A stretch of 64,000 nt of DNA from Escherichia phage vB_EcoM_G53: the sequence record MK327943.1; one strand, given 5' to 3'. Positions 13,307-23,362 of the stretch are shown here, in pieces. Position numbers and translations under genes: made by a program. Below the pieces are notes generated by a model. The model saw only the letters and a program-made list of their open reading frames with translations. It had not been told where the DNA came from and searched no databases. Each line of letters starts with the position of its first letter. Positions within the stretch are counted from its first letter, which is position 1.

Positions 13307-13327
13307 GGGACCGTAAGGTCCCTTTTT
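13307..13327. terminator. Bidirectional terminator hairpin gggacc-GUAA-ggtccc plus T-tract
   Basis: Perfect stem with GNRA-type loop and TTTTT, between convergent gp24 and rnlB. Confidence 0.65.
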
Positions 13328-13329
13328 CG

Positions 13330-14328
13330 TTATGATACTAATTCAATCCATGCAGGACGCAGAACATCTTGCACCATTCGGACTAATTCTTTCTTAACAA
13401 GATTCGGATTATCAGATGATGTTAATACAATACCTTCGCGAGAAGTTTCTTCCAGAATATCTTGAACAGTCAATCCCATCACTTTGCCAAAATCTTTTGG
13501 CGTTACAGCACCAATCTTAGAAATCACATTATTAATACGATTTAATGTAACATAACAAGCTAGAACATCAAGCAAGTTTTTGTCAGTTTCGGTTAATGGA
13601 ACCTGAGTTTTAATAGGCTTATCAGACTTTTTCTTTTCACTGAATTTAGAGTTCTTGCACTTAATAGCTACACGAGTACCGTTTGGCAACCATTTAGGGA
13701 AACAAGGCTTCAGAACATAACCTTCTGCCGTATTATCGCCAATAACATTAGCATCAAATACGCAATTATTTGCTTCGACAAGGTCTTCCGATGCCGTGGC
13801 GTTATAAGCGGCTAAAACGGAATCAAGGTCATTTGGAATCATGATAAGAGAATCAAATGTTCCACGACCAAGCATTGGTGCCATTTTAAAACCGAATTCA
13901 TTACAGAAATCTTGCATTTCGTAATCGGTCAAATACGTATTATCACCACTTTCTGTATTGATAAGGATATCGAACACATAAAAATCTTTTTCACCGTAGT
14001 CAACACCTTTCTGGATTCCACCACCAGCGAATTCACCAAAGACCTGATATGATACAGCTCGAGAACTACCCATTACTTCTTGAACGTTTTTAATAGCCTT
14101 ATCATACTTCTTGAGTACAATTTCATAACCATAAAAATCTTCTGCTGGAAGAATAGGGCCTGTGCGCTTGGCGCATGTGACGTTGTCACGTTCAATTATT
14201 AACGAGAAGTTAGTCCCATGGATTTTCTCACGTGCTACCCAAACACCAGTAGTCAAACCATTAGTGTAGAGTTTTTCAATAAACTTAGAGTTGTAGTGGT
14301 TTTCAAGACTGCTGTATTTCTTAAACAT
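13330..14328 (-). CDS. rnlB: RNA ligase 2 (RnlB)
   Basis: 332 aa (T4 about 334); nucleotidyltransferase motif KIHGTN; position after gene 24. Confidence 0.85.
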   Translation of the reverse strand: MFKKYSSLENHYNSKFIEKLYTNGLTTGVWVAREKIHGTNFSLIIERDNVTCAKRTGPILPAEDFYGYEIVLKKYDKAIKNVQEVMGSSRAVSYQVFGEFAGGGIQKGVDYGEKDFYVFDILINTESGDNTYLTDYEMQDFCNEFGFKMAPMLGRGTFDSLIMIPNDLDSVLAAYNATASEDLVEANNCVFDANVIGDNTAEGYVLKPCFPKWLPNGTRVAIKCKNSKFSEKKKSDKPIKTQVPLTETDKNLLDVLACYVTLNRINNVISKIGAVTPKDFGKVMGLTVQDILEETSREGIVLTSSDNPNLVKKELVRMVQDVLRPAWIELVS

Positions 14329-14447
14329 AAATCACCATTATAAATAATAATATCAAAATAATTAGCAGAGACTCTATCTCTGACCGGATGTTTAATTTGA
14401 ATGGATAGAACCTAGATTCATTATACCATCAAAAATTGTAAAGCATA

Positions 14448-14699
14448 TTAGAACTTGATTTCTATCCAATGACCATCACGCTGGTCGTGATTAATTTTGT
14501 ACTGAAAGCCATTATCACGAAGCCATTGACCGACTTGTTCAGTTATAGTTAAATCGTTCTTTGACGGGTAGTACGTGAATTGTGTCTGGCCTTTATCAGC
14601 GGCTTTCTCTGCCATCACAGAGAAGTTAGTAATAAAATCACTCAACAAATTAGCTTTAGTGGCCAGTGCCCTTTCTCTTAATTCCTGTGCAAAACTCAT
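14448..14699 (-). CDS. Hypothetical protein (T4 24.2 position)
   Basis: 83-aa ORF, ATG start, overlaps next gene by 4 nt. Confidence 0.5.
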   Translation of the reverse strand: MSFAQELRERALATKANLLSDFITNFSVMAEKAADKGQTQFTYYPSKNDLTITEQVGQWLRDNGFQYKINHDQRDGHWIEIKF

Positions 14700-14890
14700 T
14701 TCTTCACCTTTTTGTTAATCAAACGTTTACGGTATACAACTTTTTCTTTTGCTTTAAACTTTGACCGAGCTGTCTCGGCTTTAGTCCATAGTAATCCAAC
14801 TTCTTTAGGTTGTAAACCAATTTTTTGAGCAATTTCTACGAATGAAAATCCCGCCTCATGTAATGTATAAACTTCAACTTCAGCTCTCAT
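14696..14890 (-). CDS. Small HTH-containing protein (T4 24.3 position)
   Basis: HTH-like GFSFVEIAQKIGLQPKEV; track start at 14896 is TTG, ATG at 14890 preferred. Confidence 0.45.
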   Translation of the reverse strand: MRAEVEVYTLHEAGFSFVEIAQKIGLQPKEVGLLWTKAETARSKFKAKEKVVYRKRLINKKVKK

Positions 14891-14971
14891 AATCAATCCC
14901 GTATTATTTGGTTTGTGCCATTATATACATCAATCTCAAGTTGTGTTTTGTATGCTTTAAAAACGAAGAAA

Positions 14972-14985
14972 GGGGCCGAAGCCCC
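14972..14985 (-). terminator. Terminator hairpin (ggggc-UUCG-gcccc on minus sense, then U-rich) after hoc
   Basis: Perfect 5-bp GC stem with UUCG loop, followed on the minus sense by TTTCTTCGTTTTT. Confidence 0.55.
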
Positions 14986-14991
14986 TTACGA

Positions 14992-16410
14992 TTATGGATA
15001 TGTATAGATGATACCAGTTTCCAAAGCAGTTTTATGGATGATGTATCCATTACGTGATTCTTGAACATCAACTTCCGGATAGTCTTTCATCATCTTCTGA
15101 AGAGTGTAACGATGCAGGTAGTATTTACTATCTGGATCTTCAGTTTTCCAATCTTTACCTTCTTCAGTCATTTTTTGGATTTCATCCATAACCCACCATC
15201 CGCACCAGATGTAAGCTGAAGTACGATGTGGAAGAGGATGAACATAAGGTAATTCACCTTCTGGTTCCGGAGCAACTTTATCAGTTACCTGAACTTGACC
15301 TTCTGCTGTAATAGTTTTGCTATCGTAATCAGTTGCAGTAATAGTTGCAGTAACTTCAATAGTTTGACTTCCAATAGATGAGGTATCAACGGTATATACA
15401 TTAGTTGACCCTTCTACAGGAGAAGAATCTTTCTTCCATGAATACTCGATTTGCGCTTCTTCTGGAGCATCAGTGACATTAGCGGTAAATGTAGCCGAAG
15501 CATCTTGCTGAACGTTAATAGAAGGAGGAGTCAATGTAACCCGTGGATTCATTGTCTTCTTATTAACCGTTAATGATACTTCATTCGAAGTAACTTCCTT
15601 TGCATCATAATCTGTCGCGGTTACTTGGGCTACACATTTAATTCTTTTTACTCCACTTGTAGTCGGAGTATAGCTAAATGTAGAGTTAGTTTCTCCACCA
15701 ACCTGTGAATCATCTACATACCACTGATACGTAGCAGACGCTCCAACCGGTTGAGAAGCTAAGGCAGCAGTAAATTGAACTGGGGTTCCAATTACTCCGG
15801 CTGAAGGACTATTGGGAGTTACTGCCAACGTAGTTGTCTGTGTCTTTTTATTAACAGTCAGTGACACTTCATTAGAAGTAACGCTTAGTGCGTCATAATC
15901 TGTTGCGGTTACTTGAGCCACACACTTAATTCTTTTTACCCCGCTTTCGGCAGGAGTGTAATTGAACGTAGCGTTAGTTGCTTCGCCAACAGGAGAATCG
16001 TCTACATACCATTGATAAGTAGCGTTTGCGCCTGATGGCTGCGAAGCTAAAGCGGCGGTAAATTCAATAGCTGTTCCTATTACTCCAGCGTCAGGGCTAT
16101 TAGGAGTTATAGCCAGAGTAGTTGTCTGAGTTTTATTTTTAACTGTGATAGTTGCAGTAGCTTCTGCTGTTTCAGCTTCAGCGTCTGGAACTGTATTTGC
16201 TGCAACTACTTTAATAGTCTTTTGACCGGCAGGTCCTTTTAGTACATAACTAAAAGTTGCTTCAGCTCCATCTTGTGGAACATCATCCACAGTCCAAGCA
16301 TATGTAATAGTTCCACCTTCAGCCTGACCACTAGGTGTGGCAGTAAACTGCTGGGTCTGTCCTATAACTCCAGTAGGTGTTTTAGGAGTTATATTAACTG
16401 TAAAAGCCAT
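14992..16410 (-). CDS. hoc: Highly immunogenic outer capsid protein Hoc, with four Ig-like repeats
   Basis: 472 aa, repeated beta-rich modules plus C-terminal domain; position between 24.x and inh. Confidence 0.8.
   Translation of the reverse strand: MAFTVNITPKTPTGVIGQTQQFTATPSGQAEGGTITYAWTVDDVPQDGAEATFSYVLKGPAGQKTIKVVAANTVPDAEAETAEATATITVKNKTQTTTLAITPNSPDAGVIGTAIEFTAALASQPSGANATYQWYVDDSPVGEATNATFNYTPAESGVKRIKCVAQVTATDYDALSVTSNEVSLTVNKKTQTTTLAVTPNSPSAGVIGTPVQFTAALASQPVGASATYQWYVDDSQVGGETNSTFSYTPTTSGVKRIKCVAQVTATDYDAKEVTSNEVSLTVNKKTMNPRVTLTPPSINVQQDASATFTANVTDAPEEAQIEYSWKKDSSPVEGSTNVYTVDTSSIGSQTIEVTATITATDYDSKTITAEGQVQVTDKVAPEPEGELPYVHPLPHRTSAYIWCGWWVMDEIQKMTEEGKDWKTEDPDSKYYLHRYTLQKMMKDYPEVDVQESRNGYIIHKTALETGIIYTYP
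15556..16131 (-). repeat. Tandem duplication of a 288-bp (96-codon) Ig-like domain inside hoc
   Basis: Hoc residues 94-189 and 190-285 are about 83% identical (TQTTTLA..SLTVNKK twice). Confidence 0.8.
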
Positions 16411-16419
16411 AAGCTATCC

Positions 16420-17088
16420 TTATTTTAATGTTATGAAAGAAGAATTACGAGTTTCACGAATTAGAACTGATCCATCGCGATTAATATAATAAATTAAGCT
16501 AAATAATGTTTGGTGAGCAGAAGCATGTACAAAACTAGTTGGGCGAGATTTCCAATCTGGGGTTTCGGCTATCCATTGATAAATCCACCAAGGAACAGTA
16601 ACATATCCTGGGGCTTTGCCTAATTTAATTAGTGTAGGACTAAAATTTTCAGGCAGAACAAATTTTACTTCTTTATTTACCTCTGGTTCAGGCTCTTTTT
16701 CAGATTCAACAACCTGAGTAATTGCTTCTTCGAATTTATCATGGCTGAATTCTTTTTCTTGTTCGACAACTTCTAATACTTCAACTTGTTCTGTTGGAGA
16801 ATCAAACAACAGAATAGCTTCTTCTTTAACTTCTTCGTTGGTGAAATTAACACCGTCCACATCATCTGCGGCAGTAATTAAATCAGTGATAGATAATCCA
16901 TCAGTTTCAGGTAATGGTTCATCAGCCAGTGCGTTAAGAGCTTCTTCGATATCAACAACAATATTATCGAATGATTTTGTTTTCTTAACACTAATGCCAA
17001 ATTGTTTCGCATATTCGAACAGTTTAGCTTTGGCTTCCTTTTTATCGGAAAGAGCACGTAACTCTTCAATATAGTCTTTATCGATCAT
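16420..17088 (-). CDS. inh: Inh-like protein (inhibitor of prohead protease)
   Basis: 222 aa (T4 Inh about 226); position between hoc and uvsW. Confidence 0.6.
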   Translation of the reverse strand: MIDKDYIEELRALSDKKEAKAKLFEYAKQFGISVKKTKSFDNIVVDIEEALNALADEPLPETDGLSITDLITAADDVDGVNFTNEEVKEEAILLFDSPTEQVEVLEVVEQEKEFSHDKFEEAITQVVESEKEPEPEVNKEVKFVLPENFSPTLIKLGKAPGYVTVPWWIYQWIAETPDWKSRPTSFVHASAHQTLFSLIYYINRDGSVLIRETRNSSFITLK

Positions 17089-17101
17089 AGTATTTCCTCA
17101 T

Positions 17102-17109
17102 TATAAATA
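17102..17109 (+). promoter_or_regulatory. Late promoter TATAAATA upstream of uvsW
   Basis: Exact TATAAATA 30 nt upstream of uvsW ATG in the divergent inh/uvsW spacer. Confidence 0.45.
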
Positions 17110-17138
17110 TAACTATATTTATTACATGGTAATTTGAC

Positions 17139-18653
17139 ATGACTGACATTAAAGTACATTTTCATGATTTTAGTCACGTTCGCATTGAATGCGACGAAAG
17201 TACGTTTTACGAACTTCGTGACTTTTTTAGCTTTGAAGCTGACGGGTATAAATTTAACCCGCGTTACAAATATGGGAACTGGGATGGTAGAATTCGTCTT
17301 TTAGATTACAACCGTTTGTTACCATATGGACTTGTAGGACAAATAAAAAAGTTCTGTAGCAATATGAGTTATTCTGTATGGATTGACCCTAAAATCTTTG
17401 AGACCGAAGACCTTACCAGAGAAGATTTTGACGCATGGCTTTCTAAACAAGAAATTTATTCGGGCAACTCCAAAATCGAACCACATTGGTATCAAAAAGA
17501 TGCAGTATATGAAGGACTAGTTAATCGTCGTCGAATTTTAAACCTTCCGACATCAGCAGGTAAATCACTAATCCAAGCACTTTTAGCTCGATATTATCTA
17601 GAGAACTATGAAGGTAAAATTCTCATTATCGTCCCTACAACAGCATTGACAACCCAGATGGCTAATGATTTTGTTGATTATCGCTTGTTTAGTCATTCGA
17701 TGATTAAGAAAATTGGCGGTGGTGCTGATAAAGCAGACAAATCTAAAAACGACGCTCCAATTATTGTTGGCACATGGCAAACGGTAGTTAAGCAGCCTAA
17801 AGAATGGTTCTCTCAGTTCGGTATGATGATGAACGATGAATGCCACTTAGCAACAGGCAAAAGTATTTCTTCAATCATCTCAGGATTAAATAATTGCATG
17901 TTTAAATTCGGTTTATCCGGCTCATTAAGAGACGGAAAAGCCAATGTAATGCAGTATGTAGGCATGTTCGGCGAAATCTTCCGTCCTGTTAGCACGTCTA
18001 AATTAATGGAAGATGGACAGGTAACTGAGCTTAAGATTAATAGTATTTTCCTTCGTTATCCGGACGAATTCACCGTTAAATTAAAAGGTAAAACATACCA
18101 AGAAGAAGTTAAAATTATTACCGGACTAAAACGTCGTACAAAGTGGATTGCTCAACTTTCGGTCAAATTGGCTAAGAAAGACGAGAACGCCTTTGTAATG
18201 TTTAAACACGTTACACACGGTAAAGAAATATTTGAAGCTATTAAAGAGCTTGGATACGAAAAAGTTTATTACGTATCAGGTGAAGTTGATACTGAAACAC
18301 GTAACGCGCTTAAAGTCATGGCAGAAAATGGTAAAGGCATTATTATTGTCGCATCATATGGAGTATTCTCTACTGGTATTTCAGTCAAGAATCTTCATCA
18401 TGTTATTTTTGCCCATGGTGTTAAATCAAAAATTATCGTACTTCAAACCGTAGGTCGTGTGCTTCGTAAGCACGGTTCTAAAGCTGTTGCTACAGTTTGG
18501 GATCTCATAGATGACGCAGGTGTAAAACCTAAATCATTAAATACTAAAAAGAAGTATACTCATCTTAATTACTTGTTAAAACACGGTATTGATCGTATCC
18601 AACGTTACGCTGATGAGAAATTTAACTATGTAATGAAAACAATTAATTTATAA
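17139..18653 (+). CDS. uvsW: UvsW DNA/RNA helicase (SF2)
   Basis: 504 aa; Walker A PTSAGKS and DECH box; synteny. Confidence 0.9.
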   Translation: MTDIKVHFHDFSHVRIECDESTFYELRDFFSFEADGYKFNPRYKYGNWDGRIRLLDYNRLLPYGLVGQIKKFCSNMSYSVWIDPKIFETEDLTREDFDAWLSKQEIYSGNSKIEPHWYQKDAVYEGLVNRRRILNLPTSAGKSLIQALLARYYLENYEGKILIIVPTTALTTQMANDFVDYRLFSHSMIKKIGGGADKADKSKNDAPIIVGTWQTVVKQPKEWFSQFGMMMNDECHLATGKSISSIISGLNNCMFKFGLSGSLRDGKANVMQYVGMFGEIFRPVSTSKLMEDGQVTELKINSIFLRYPDEFTVKLKGKTYQEEVKIITGLKRRTKWIAQLSVKLAKKDENAFVMFKHVTHGKEIFEAIKELGYEKVYYVSGEVDTETRNALKVMAENGKGIIIVASYGVFSTGISVKNLHHVIFAHGVKSKIIVLQTVGRVLRKHGSKAVATVWDLIDDAGVKPKSLNTKKKYTHLNYLLKHGIDRIQRYADEKFNYVMKTINL

Positions 18654-18678
18654 GGGCTTCGGCCCTTAGGAGATAAAA

Positions 18679-18912
18679 ATGGTACTTGAATTTAAACAAT
18701 TTTTATACGAAGCATCTATTGACGAATTCATGGGTAAAATTGCTAGTTGTCATACCCTAGAAGGGCTTGAAGAATTGGAAGCTTATTATAAGAAACGTAT
18801 AAAAGAAACGGAATTAAAAGATACAGATGATATTTCTGTCAGGGATGCCTTAGCAGGTAAGCGTGCCGAACTTGAAGGCGACGATGATGAGGATGTGGAA
18901 GAAGACTTCTAA
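18679..18912 (+). CDS. uvsW.1: UvsW.1 small acidic protein
   Basis: 77 aa immediately after uvsW, as in T4. Confidence 0.6.
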   Translation: MVLEFKQFLYEASIDEFMGKIASCHTLEGLEELEAYYKKRIKETELKDTDDISVRDALAGKRAELEGDDDEDVEEDF

Positions 18913-18970
18913 TTAAAAAAAGGCCCGACCTTTTTGGAAGGGCCAAAAACCATAGGCAAAAAAGGTAACA

Positions 18971-19138
18971 CTATAGTAAAAGTTGGGTTTCGTTCAATTG
19001 CTCTTCTGAACTTTCTGAAACCGGTAATTGTTGGACATAATTATAACAAGGACCAGGATGTGCTGGACCTTTGTCTGTTTCAACAACCAATGCAGAATCG
19101 ATTGGAGTTTTACAGACAACACAAATCTTATCTGACAT
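18971..19138 (-). CDS. Small Cys-rich (zinc-ribbon-like) protein, uvsY.-2 position
   Basis: 55-aa ORF MSDKICVVCK..GPCYNY, not in supplied track (below 60 aa); same strand as uvsY. Confidence 0.4.
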   Translation of the reverse strand: MSDKICVVCKTPIDSALVVETDKGPAHPGPCYNYVQQLPVSESSEEQLNETQLLL

Positions 19139-19170
19139 GATTGCCTCCTAAGTTGAAATTACATATCTAT

Positions 19171-19395
19171 TTATACAACTCTCATATGCATATCAATGCC
19201 CATATCTTTAGAATAAAAATATTCATCAAGATATCCGGCAAATTTTCCTTTAATATAAAGGACGTCTTCACCACACGGGTGGTCTGCCAGGATACGAATA
19301 TCCTGACGACGTAGACGATACTTTTCCATTAAGAATTTAATTTCAGTTTCAAATTCTTCGTCATTATTAAAGGCATCTTCAATTGAATAACGCAT
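19171..19395 (-). CDS. uvsY.-1: UvsY.-1-like small protein
   Basis: 74 aa, start overlaps uvsY stop; synteny. Confidence 0.55.
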   Translation of the reverse strand: MRYSIEDAFNNDEEFETEIKFLMEKYRLRRQDIRILADHPCGEDVLYIKGKFAGYLDEYFYSKDMGIDMHMRVV

Positions 19396-19808
19396 TATTG
19401 CCCCGCTTCAAATTCTCGCATATCCTGGATATGTTTAAGTGCAAAACTACGAGACTTAACTGCGTCAAGTGCACCACTACAGAACTCAAGTAAAATTCCC
19501 CAGTATTGTAAAGTAGTCTCTATTTTAAGCACATCTTTATCTGCAGCCAGGACAGTTTTCATTTCAGATTTCTCGTATCGGTCCATACTGAATTCATCAC
19601 CGTCACCTCGTCCCGAGTAGTAGTCTAATCTTGCTTTTAGAGCAGTTTTCTTCTGAGTCTCTATACGCAACATTTCTTTACGAATAAATGAGTGCTTACG
19701 TAGCCATTTGCTGTATAACTTAACATTATTCGCCGTCTCATATTGCAACTTTGACATATCAATAGCTAAGTCTGCGTCTAACTCTTCCTGTAAATCTTCC
19801 AGCTTCAT
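19395..19808 (-). CDS. uvsY: UvsY recombination mediator
   Basis: 137 aa as T4 UvsY; synteny. Confidence 0.85.
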   Translation of the reverse strand: MKLEDLQEELDADLAIDMSKLQYETANNVKLYSKWLRKHSFIRKEMLRIETQKKTALKARLDYYSGRGDGDEFSMDRYEKSEMKTVLAADKDVLKIETTLQYWGILLEFCSGALDAVKSRSFALKHIQDMREFEAGQ

Positions 19809-19862
19809 AATATTCTCTCATTAACTAATAATCTCCCGGCTGTATCGGAAGGACCTAAAACC

Positions 19863-19889
19863 ATTATACATAGGTCGCCTTGAAGCATT
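19863..19889 (-). promoter_or_regulatory. Middle (MotA-dependent) promoter for uvsY: MotA box aaTGCTTcA plus -10 TATAAT
   Basis: MotA-box match 12 nt upstream of TATAAT on the minus sense, about 55 nt before uvsY ATG. Confidence 0.5.
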
Positions 19890-20286
19890 ACACTCTATTG
19901 CTTGACGCTAACTGAAGTTTAATTTGTTCAATATCGTCAGGGTTGTCTACGACCGAAAATCTAATCTCTACTATAACCGTATAGTCATCATATACTGGCG
20001 TTACACTTACAGAAAGTTTGTCGATGCGTGGCTCATAGTTACGAACAGCTGCCTGGATATTACGCTCAATCGTATCGGCTGTAAGTGGTGTCATGTTCTC
20101 GAAAAGTTCGTCGACCAAATCGCATCCAAATTCAGGGTCGAAGGGGCGTGAGCCTTTTCTAGTTGTCACTATGCCAAGAAGACTATTTTTAATAGAACGA
20201 AGTCCTACAGAACGAGCAACGTCCTTGTTCCAATCCATACGCATTTCTGGGTCGATATCTGAATAAAGTTTATTGATATTAGACAT
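19888..20286 (-). CDS. 25: Baseplate wedge protein gp25
   Basis: 132 aa as T4 gp25; TAATG overlap with gp26. Confidence 0.85.
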   Translation of the reverse strand: MSNINKLYSDIDPEMRMDWNKDVARSVGLRSIKNSLLGIVTTRKGSRPFDPEFGCDLVDELFENMTPLTADTIERNIQAAVRNYEPRIDKLSVSVTPVYDDYTVIVEIRFSVVDNPDDIEQIKLQLASSNRV

Positions 20287-20912
20287 TATAATAACTCAAA
20301 GAATTCTTTGAGGCCTCGTATTGTGTGAACGTGTGACGCCCCACATTTGGGACATTTAATAGGGGTTGCCAGATAAATTGATGGCGACACCAAAAGATTT
20401 TTAATATTGATCATGTCATCTTCTGTTATAAGGCCGTAAAGGTCGTTTATTTCTGCTTCAGTTAAATCTTCAACAGGGATGGACTCTCCATTGACAAAAA
20501 CGGCCTCAATACATGAAGCAATCATTAATGCGATATTTTTATCGTCAAATAATTTAGGTTGACGGAACTTAATTTTAATACCACTAAACGAATACCAGGG
20601 ATCGGCCTGTTCATCTAATTGAGTGTGCAATAAATTCATATAGACTTGAAATGAATGCCCACAGGAACAATTCCAGGTGTGTTCTTGATTCACTTCACCT
20701 AACGAATGTGCCCACAGATTTACCAACAATAGCTCGGCTTCTTGTTTAGTCAAGTTTTTAGCGTTAGAGCAATTAGTGATAATATTGTTCACTGCTGATT
20801 CAATAGTACCGGTAGCCCGTGCACCTATGAGTCCTAAATATTCTTTTAAAGTAAAGGCTCTACAATTCACTTCTTTATCGCCTAAACGTACGGTAAACGT
20901 ATATTTGTACAT
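20286..20912 (-). CDS. 26: Baseplate hub protein gp26
   Basis: 208 aa as T4 gp26; synteny. Confidence 0.8.
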   Translation of the reverse strand: MYKYTFTVRLGDKEVNCRAFTLKEYLGLIGARATGTIESAVNNIITNCSNAKNLTKQEAELLLVNLWAHSLGEVNQEHTWNCSCGHSFQVYMNLLHTQLDEQADPWYSFSGIKIKFRQPKLFDDKNIALMIASCIEAVFVNGESIPVEDLTEAEINDLYGLITEDDMINIKNLLVSPSIYLATPIKCPKCGASHVHTIRGLKEFFELL

Positions 20913-20930
20913 GTTAACTCCTTTATTGTG

Positions 20931-20942
20931 TATTTATAAATA
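20931..20942. promoter_or_regulatory. Overlapping divergent late promoters (TATTTATAAATA): gene 26 leftward, gene 51 rightward
   Basis: TATAAATA on plus at 20935-20942 and on minus at 20931-20938, between divergent gp26 and gp51. Confidence 0.45.
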
Positions 20943-20959
20943 ATAGAAAAGGAGTAATT

Positions 20960-21712
20960 ATGGCTAATATAATTCGTTGTAAATTACCGGATGGTGTTCA
21001 TCGTTTCAAGCCGTTCACCGTAGCGGATTATAGAGACTTTTTACTAGTTAGAAATGATATCGAACATCGTTCGCCACAAGAACAAAAAGAAATAATTGCT
21101 GATCTGATTGATGATTATTTTGGCGAGTACCCTAAAACATGGCAACCATTTATATTCCTGCAAGTTTTTGCAGGCTCTATAGGCAAAACAAAAGTTCCCG
21201 TTATTTTCACTTGCCCTAAATGCTCTAAAGAAAAAACTGCACCATTTGAGATATATCAAAAAGAACTAGTCGAACCTGAACTTGATGTTGCTGGTATAAA
21301 AATACGTTTTTCTTTCCCTGAAAAGTTTTATGACAACAAAGCATTAATGATAAGTGAAAACATAAAAGAAATATATTATAATGACGAATGGTACCCATGG
21401 AATGATTTGACTGAAGAGAACCAAATCCAAGTAATAGAAGCAATAGACATTGACTCGCTCGAGAAGGTTATTGCTTCTATGAATCCTATTAATTTGACCC
21501 TTAGATTAGGATGTTGTGAACGACATGTTAAAACATATACTGATATCTTAGAGGTTTTTAAATTGTTAGTTAACCCTGATGAGATTTTTACATTCTATCA
21601 GATAAACCATTCACTGGTAAAGAGTCAATACACATTGGATTCTATTATGCAAATGATTCCTGTTGAACGTGGTATTGCTTTAACATTAGTAGAAAAGGAC
21701 CATAAAAAATGA
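20960..21712 (+). CDS. 51: Baseplate hub assembly catalyst gp51
   Basis: 250 aa (T4 249); synteny. Confidence 0.8.
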   Translation: MANIIRCKLPDGVHRFKPFTVADYRDFLLVRNDIEHRSPQEQKEIIADLIDDYFGEYPKTWQPFIFLQVFAGSIGKTKVPVIFTCPKCSKEKTAPFEIYQKELVEPELDVAGIKIRFSFPEKFYDNKALMISENIKEIYYNDEWYPWNDLTEENQIQVIEAIDIDSLEKVIASMNPINLTLRLGCCERHVKTYTDILEVFKLLVNPDEIFTFYQINHSLVKSQYTLDSIMQMIPVERGIALTLVEKDHKK

Positions 21713-22881
21713 AAGTATTCCAACGTCCAGGATATCCTAACTTAAGCGTTAAATTATACCAAGATTATTCGGCTTGGCAAGAAAATAGATACGTTGAACT
21801 CGCAGCAACAATAACAACTTTAACCATGCGAGATTCGCTATATGGAAGAAATGAAGGGATTCTTCAATTTTATGACACTAAAAACATTCACACTAAAATG
21901 GACGGTAGACAGATAGTTCAAATCTCTGTTTCAAATTCAAACACGCCTCTCCAAGTTAGAACTCGAATTTATGGATGTAGACATTATTCTGTGTCTGTGG
22001 ACTCAAAAGGTGACAATATTATTGCAATTGAGCTTGGAACAATACATTCTATAGAGAACCTTAAATTTGGGCGACCATTCTTCCCGGACGCAGGCGAATC
22101 TATACGTGAAATGTTAGGTGTCATATACAAAGACCGTGCGTTAATTACTCCGCCAATAAACACTATTAATGCTTATGTTCCTGATATCCCTTGGACAAGC
22201 ACATTTGATGATTATTTGGCATATGTCAGAGAATTAGGACTTGCTACAGCGAGTGATAAGTTCGTATTCGTATGGCAAGATATTTTAGGCGTAAACATGA
22301 TTGACTACGATACTCTTATTGGTCAGGAAGGCATTAAGATGATTGTAGGTGAGCCAAATACTGTAGGTCAGTATATTCAAGAGCTTGAGTATCCATTAGT
22401 ATGGGATTTCACCTGGATGACTAAAGCTAACCAATTTACAAGAGACCCTATTAAAAACGCCACGATATTCGCTCATTCATTTTTAGATACATCTATTCCG
22501 GTTATTGTTACAGGCGATGGCGATAATGCTATTGTTGTGTCAAGATCCGGTGGATATTCCGAAATGACCTATCGTAATGGATTTGAAGAAGCAAGTCGTC
22601 TTCAGACAATGGCTCAATATGACGGATATGCTAAATGCACTACTACAGGTAATTTTAACATAACGCCTGCTACTAAAATTATATTTGTTGACCAAAAGAA
22701 CCAATTCAAATCCGAATTTTACGTAGATGAAGTTATTCATGAGTTATCAAATAACAACTCACAAACTCATCTATACATGTTTACCAACTCAATGGTGTTA
22801 GAACCTGTTAACCCAGTTAAGGTTAAAAATGAACTTAAATCTGATTCTACCTCTAAAGAAAATAATTCTACCACAGTCTAA
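21709..22881 (+). CDS. 27: Baseplate hub protein gp27
   Basis: 390 aa (T4 391); synteny. Confidence 0.85.
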   Translation: MKVFQRPGYPNLSVKLYQDYSAWQENRYVELAATITTLTMRDSLYGRNEGILQFYDTKNIHTKMDGRQIVQISVSNSNTPLQVRTRIYGCRHYSVSVDSKGDNIIAIELGTIHSIENLKFGRPFFPDAGESIREMLGVIYKDRALITPPINTINAYVPDIPWTSTFDDYLAYVRELGLATASDKFVFVWQDILGVNMIDYDTLIGQEGIKMIVGEPNTVGQYIQELEYPLVWDFTWMTKANQFTRDPIKNATIFAHSFLDTSIPVIVTGDGDNAIVVSRSGGYSEMTYRNGFEEASRLQTMAQYDGYAKCTTTGNFNITPATKIIFVDQKNQFKSEFYVDEVIHELSNNNSQTHLYMFTNSMVLEPVNPVKVKNELKSDSTSKENNSTTV

Positions 22882-23362
22882 TAAAAAGGTAATGATTCCT
22901 AAATTAGGGCTCAAACATTATAATCTTTTAAAGGACGTTAAAGGTCCTGATGAAAACATGAAAATCTTAGCTGATTCTATTTGTAAAAATATGAGTCCTG
23001 CAGATTTTGATTTTGCATGTCTACATATATTGGAATTTAATAACAAACTTAAGTCTGAAGTTGAAAAAGATGGATTCACTTATAAACTAGATGACGTCTA
23101 TGTATGCCAACGAACAGAATTCCAATTCCAAGGTAATACTTTTTATTTTAGACCCCCAGGCAAATTTGAACAATTCGCTACAATCAGTGAAATGCTATCA
23201 AATTGCTTAATAAAAGTTAATGACGAAGAGAAAGAAATTTCTTTCCTTGAGATGCCTGCTTTTGTAATCAAATGGGCAGAAGACCTTTCGACAACTATTG
23301 CTATTCCAGGCCCTAATGGTCCTATTAAGGGTATAGCAGAAATTATTGGATTGCTTGAATGA
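22829..23362 (+). CDS. 28: Baseplate hub distal subunit gp28
   Basis: 177 aa as T4 gp28; overlaps gp27 end. Confidence 0.75.
   Translation: MNLNLILPLKKIILPQSNKKVMIPKLGLKHYNLLKDVKGPDENMKILADSICKNMSPADFDFACLHILEFNNKLKSEVEKDGFTYKLDDVYVCQRTEFQFQGNTFYFRPPGKFEQFATISEMLSNCLIKVNDEEKEISFLEMPAFVIKWAEDLSTTIAIPGPNGPIKGIAEIIGLLE

Noticed and set aside
14339-14346. Plus-strand TATAAATA pointing into minus-strand genes near rnlB
   Set aside because: An AT-rich 8-mer like this is expected by chance several times in 64 kb; no plus-strand gene follows it.
18934-19140. 68-aa plus-strand ORF between uvsW.1 and uvsY.-1
   Set aside because: It overlaps a minus-strand 55-aa Cys-rich ORF that fits the T4 uvsY.-2 position and strand; the plus ORF has no SD. 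The choice remains uncertain.
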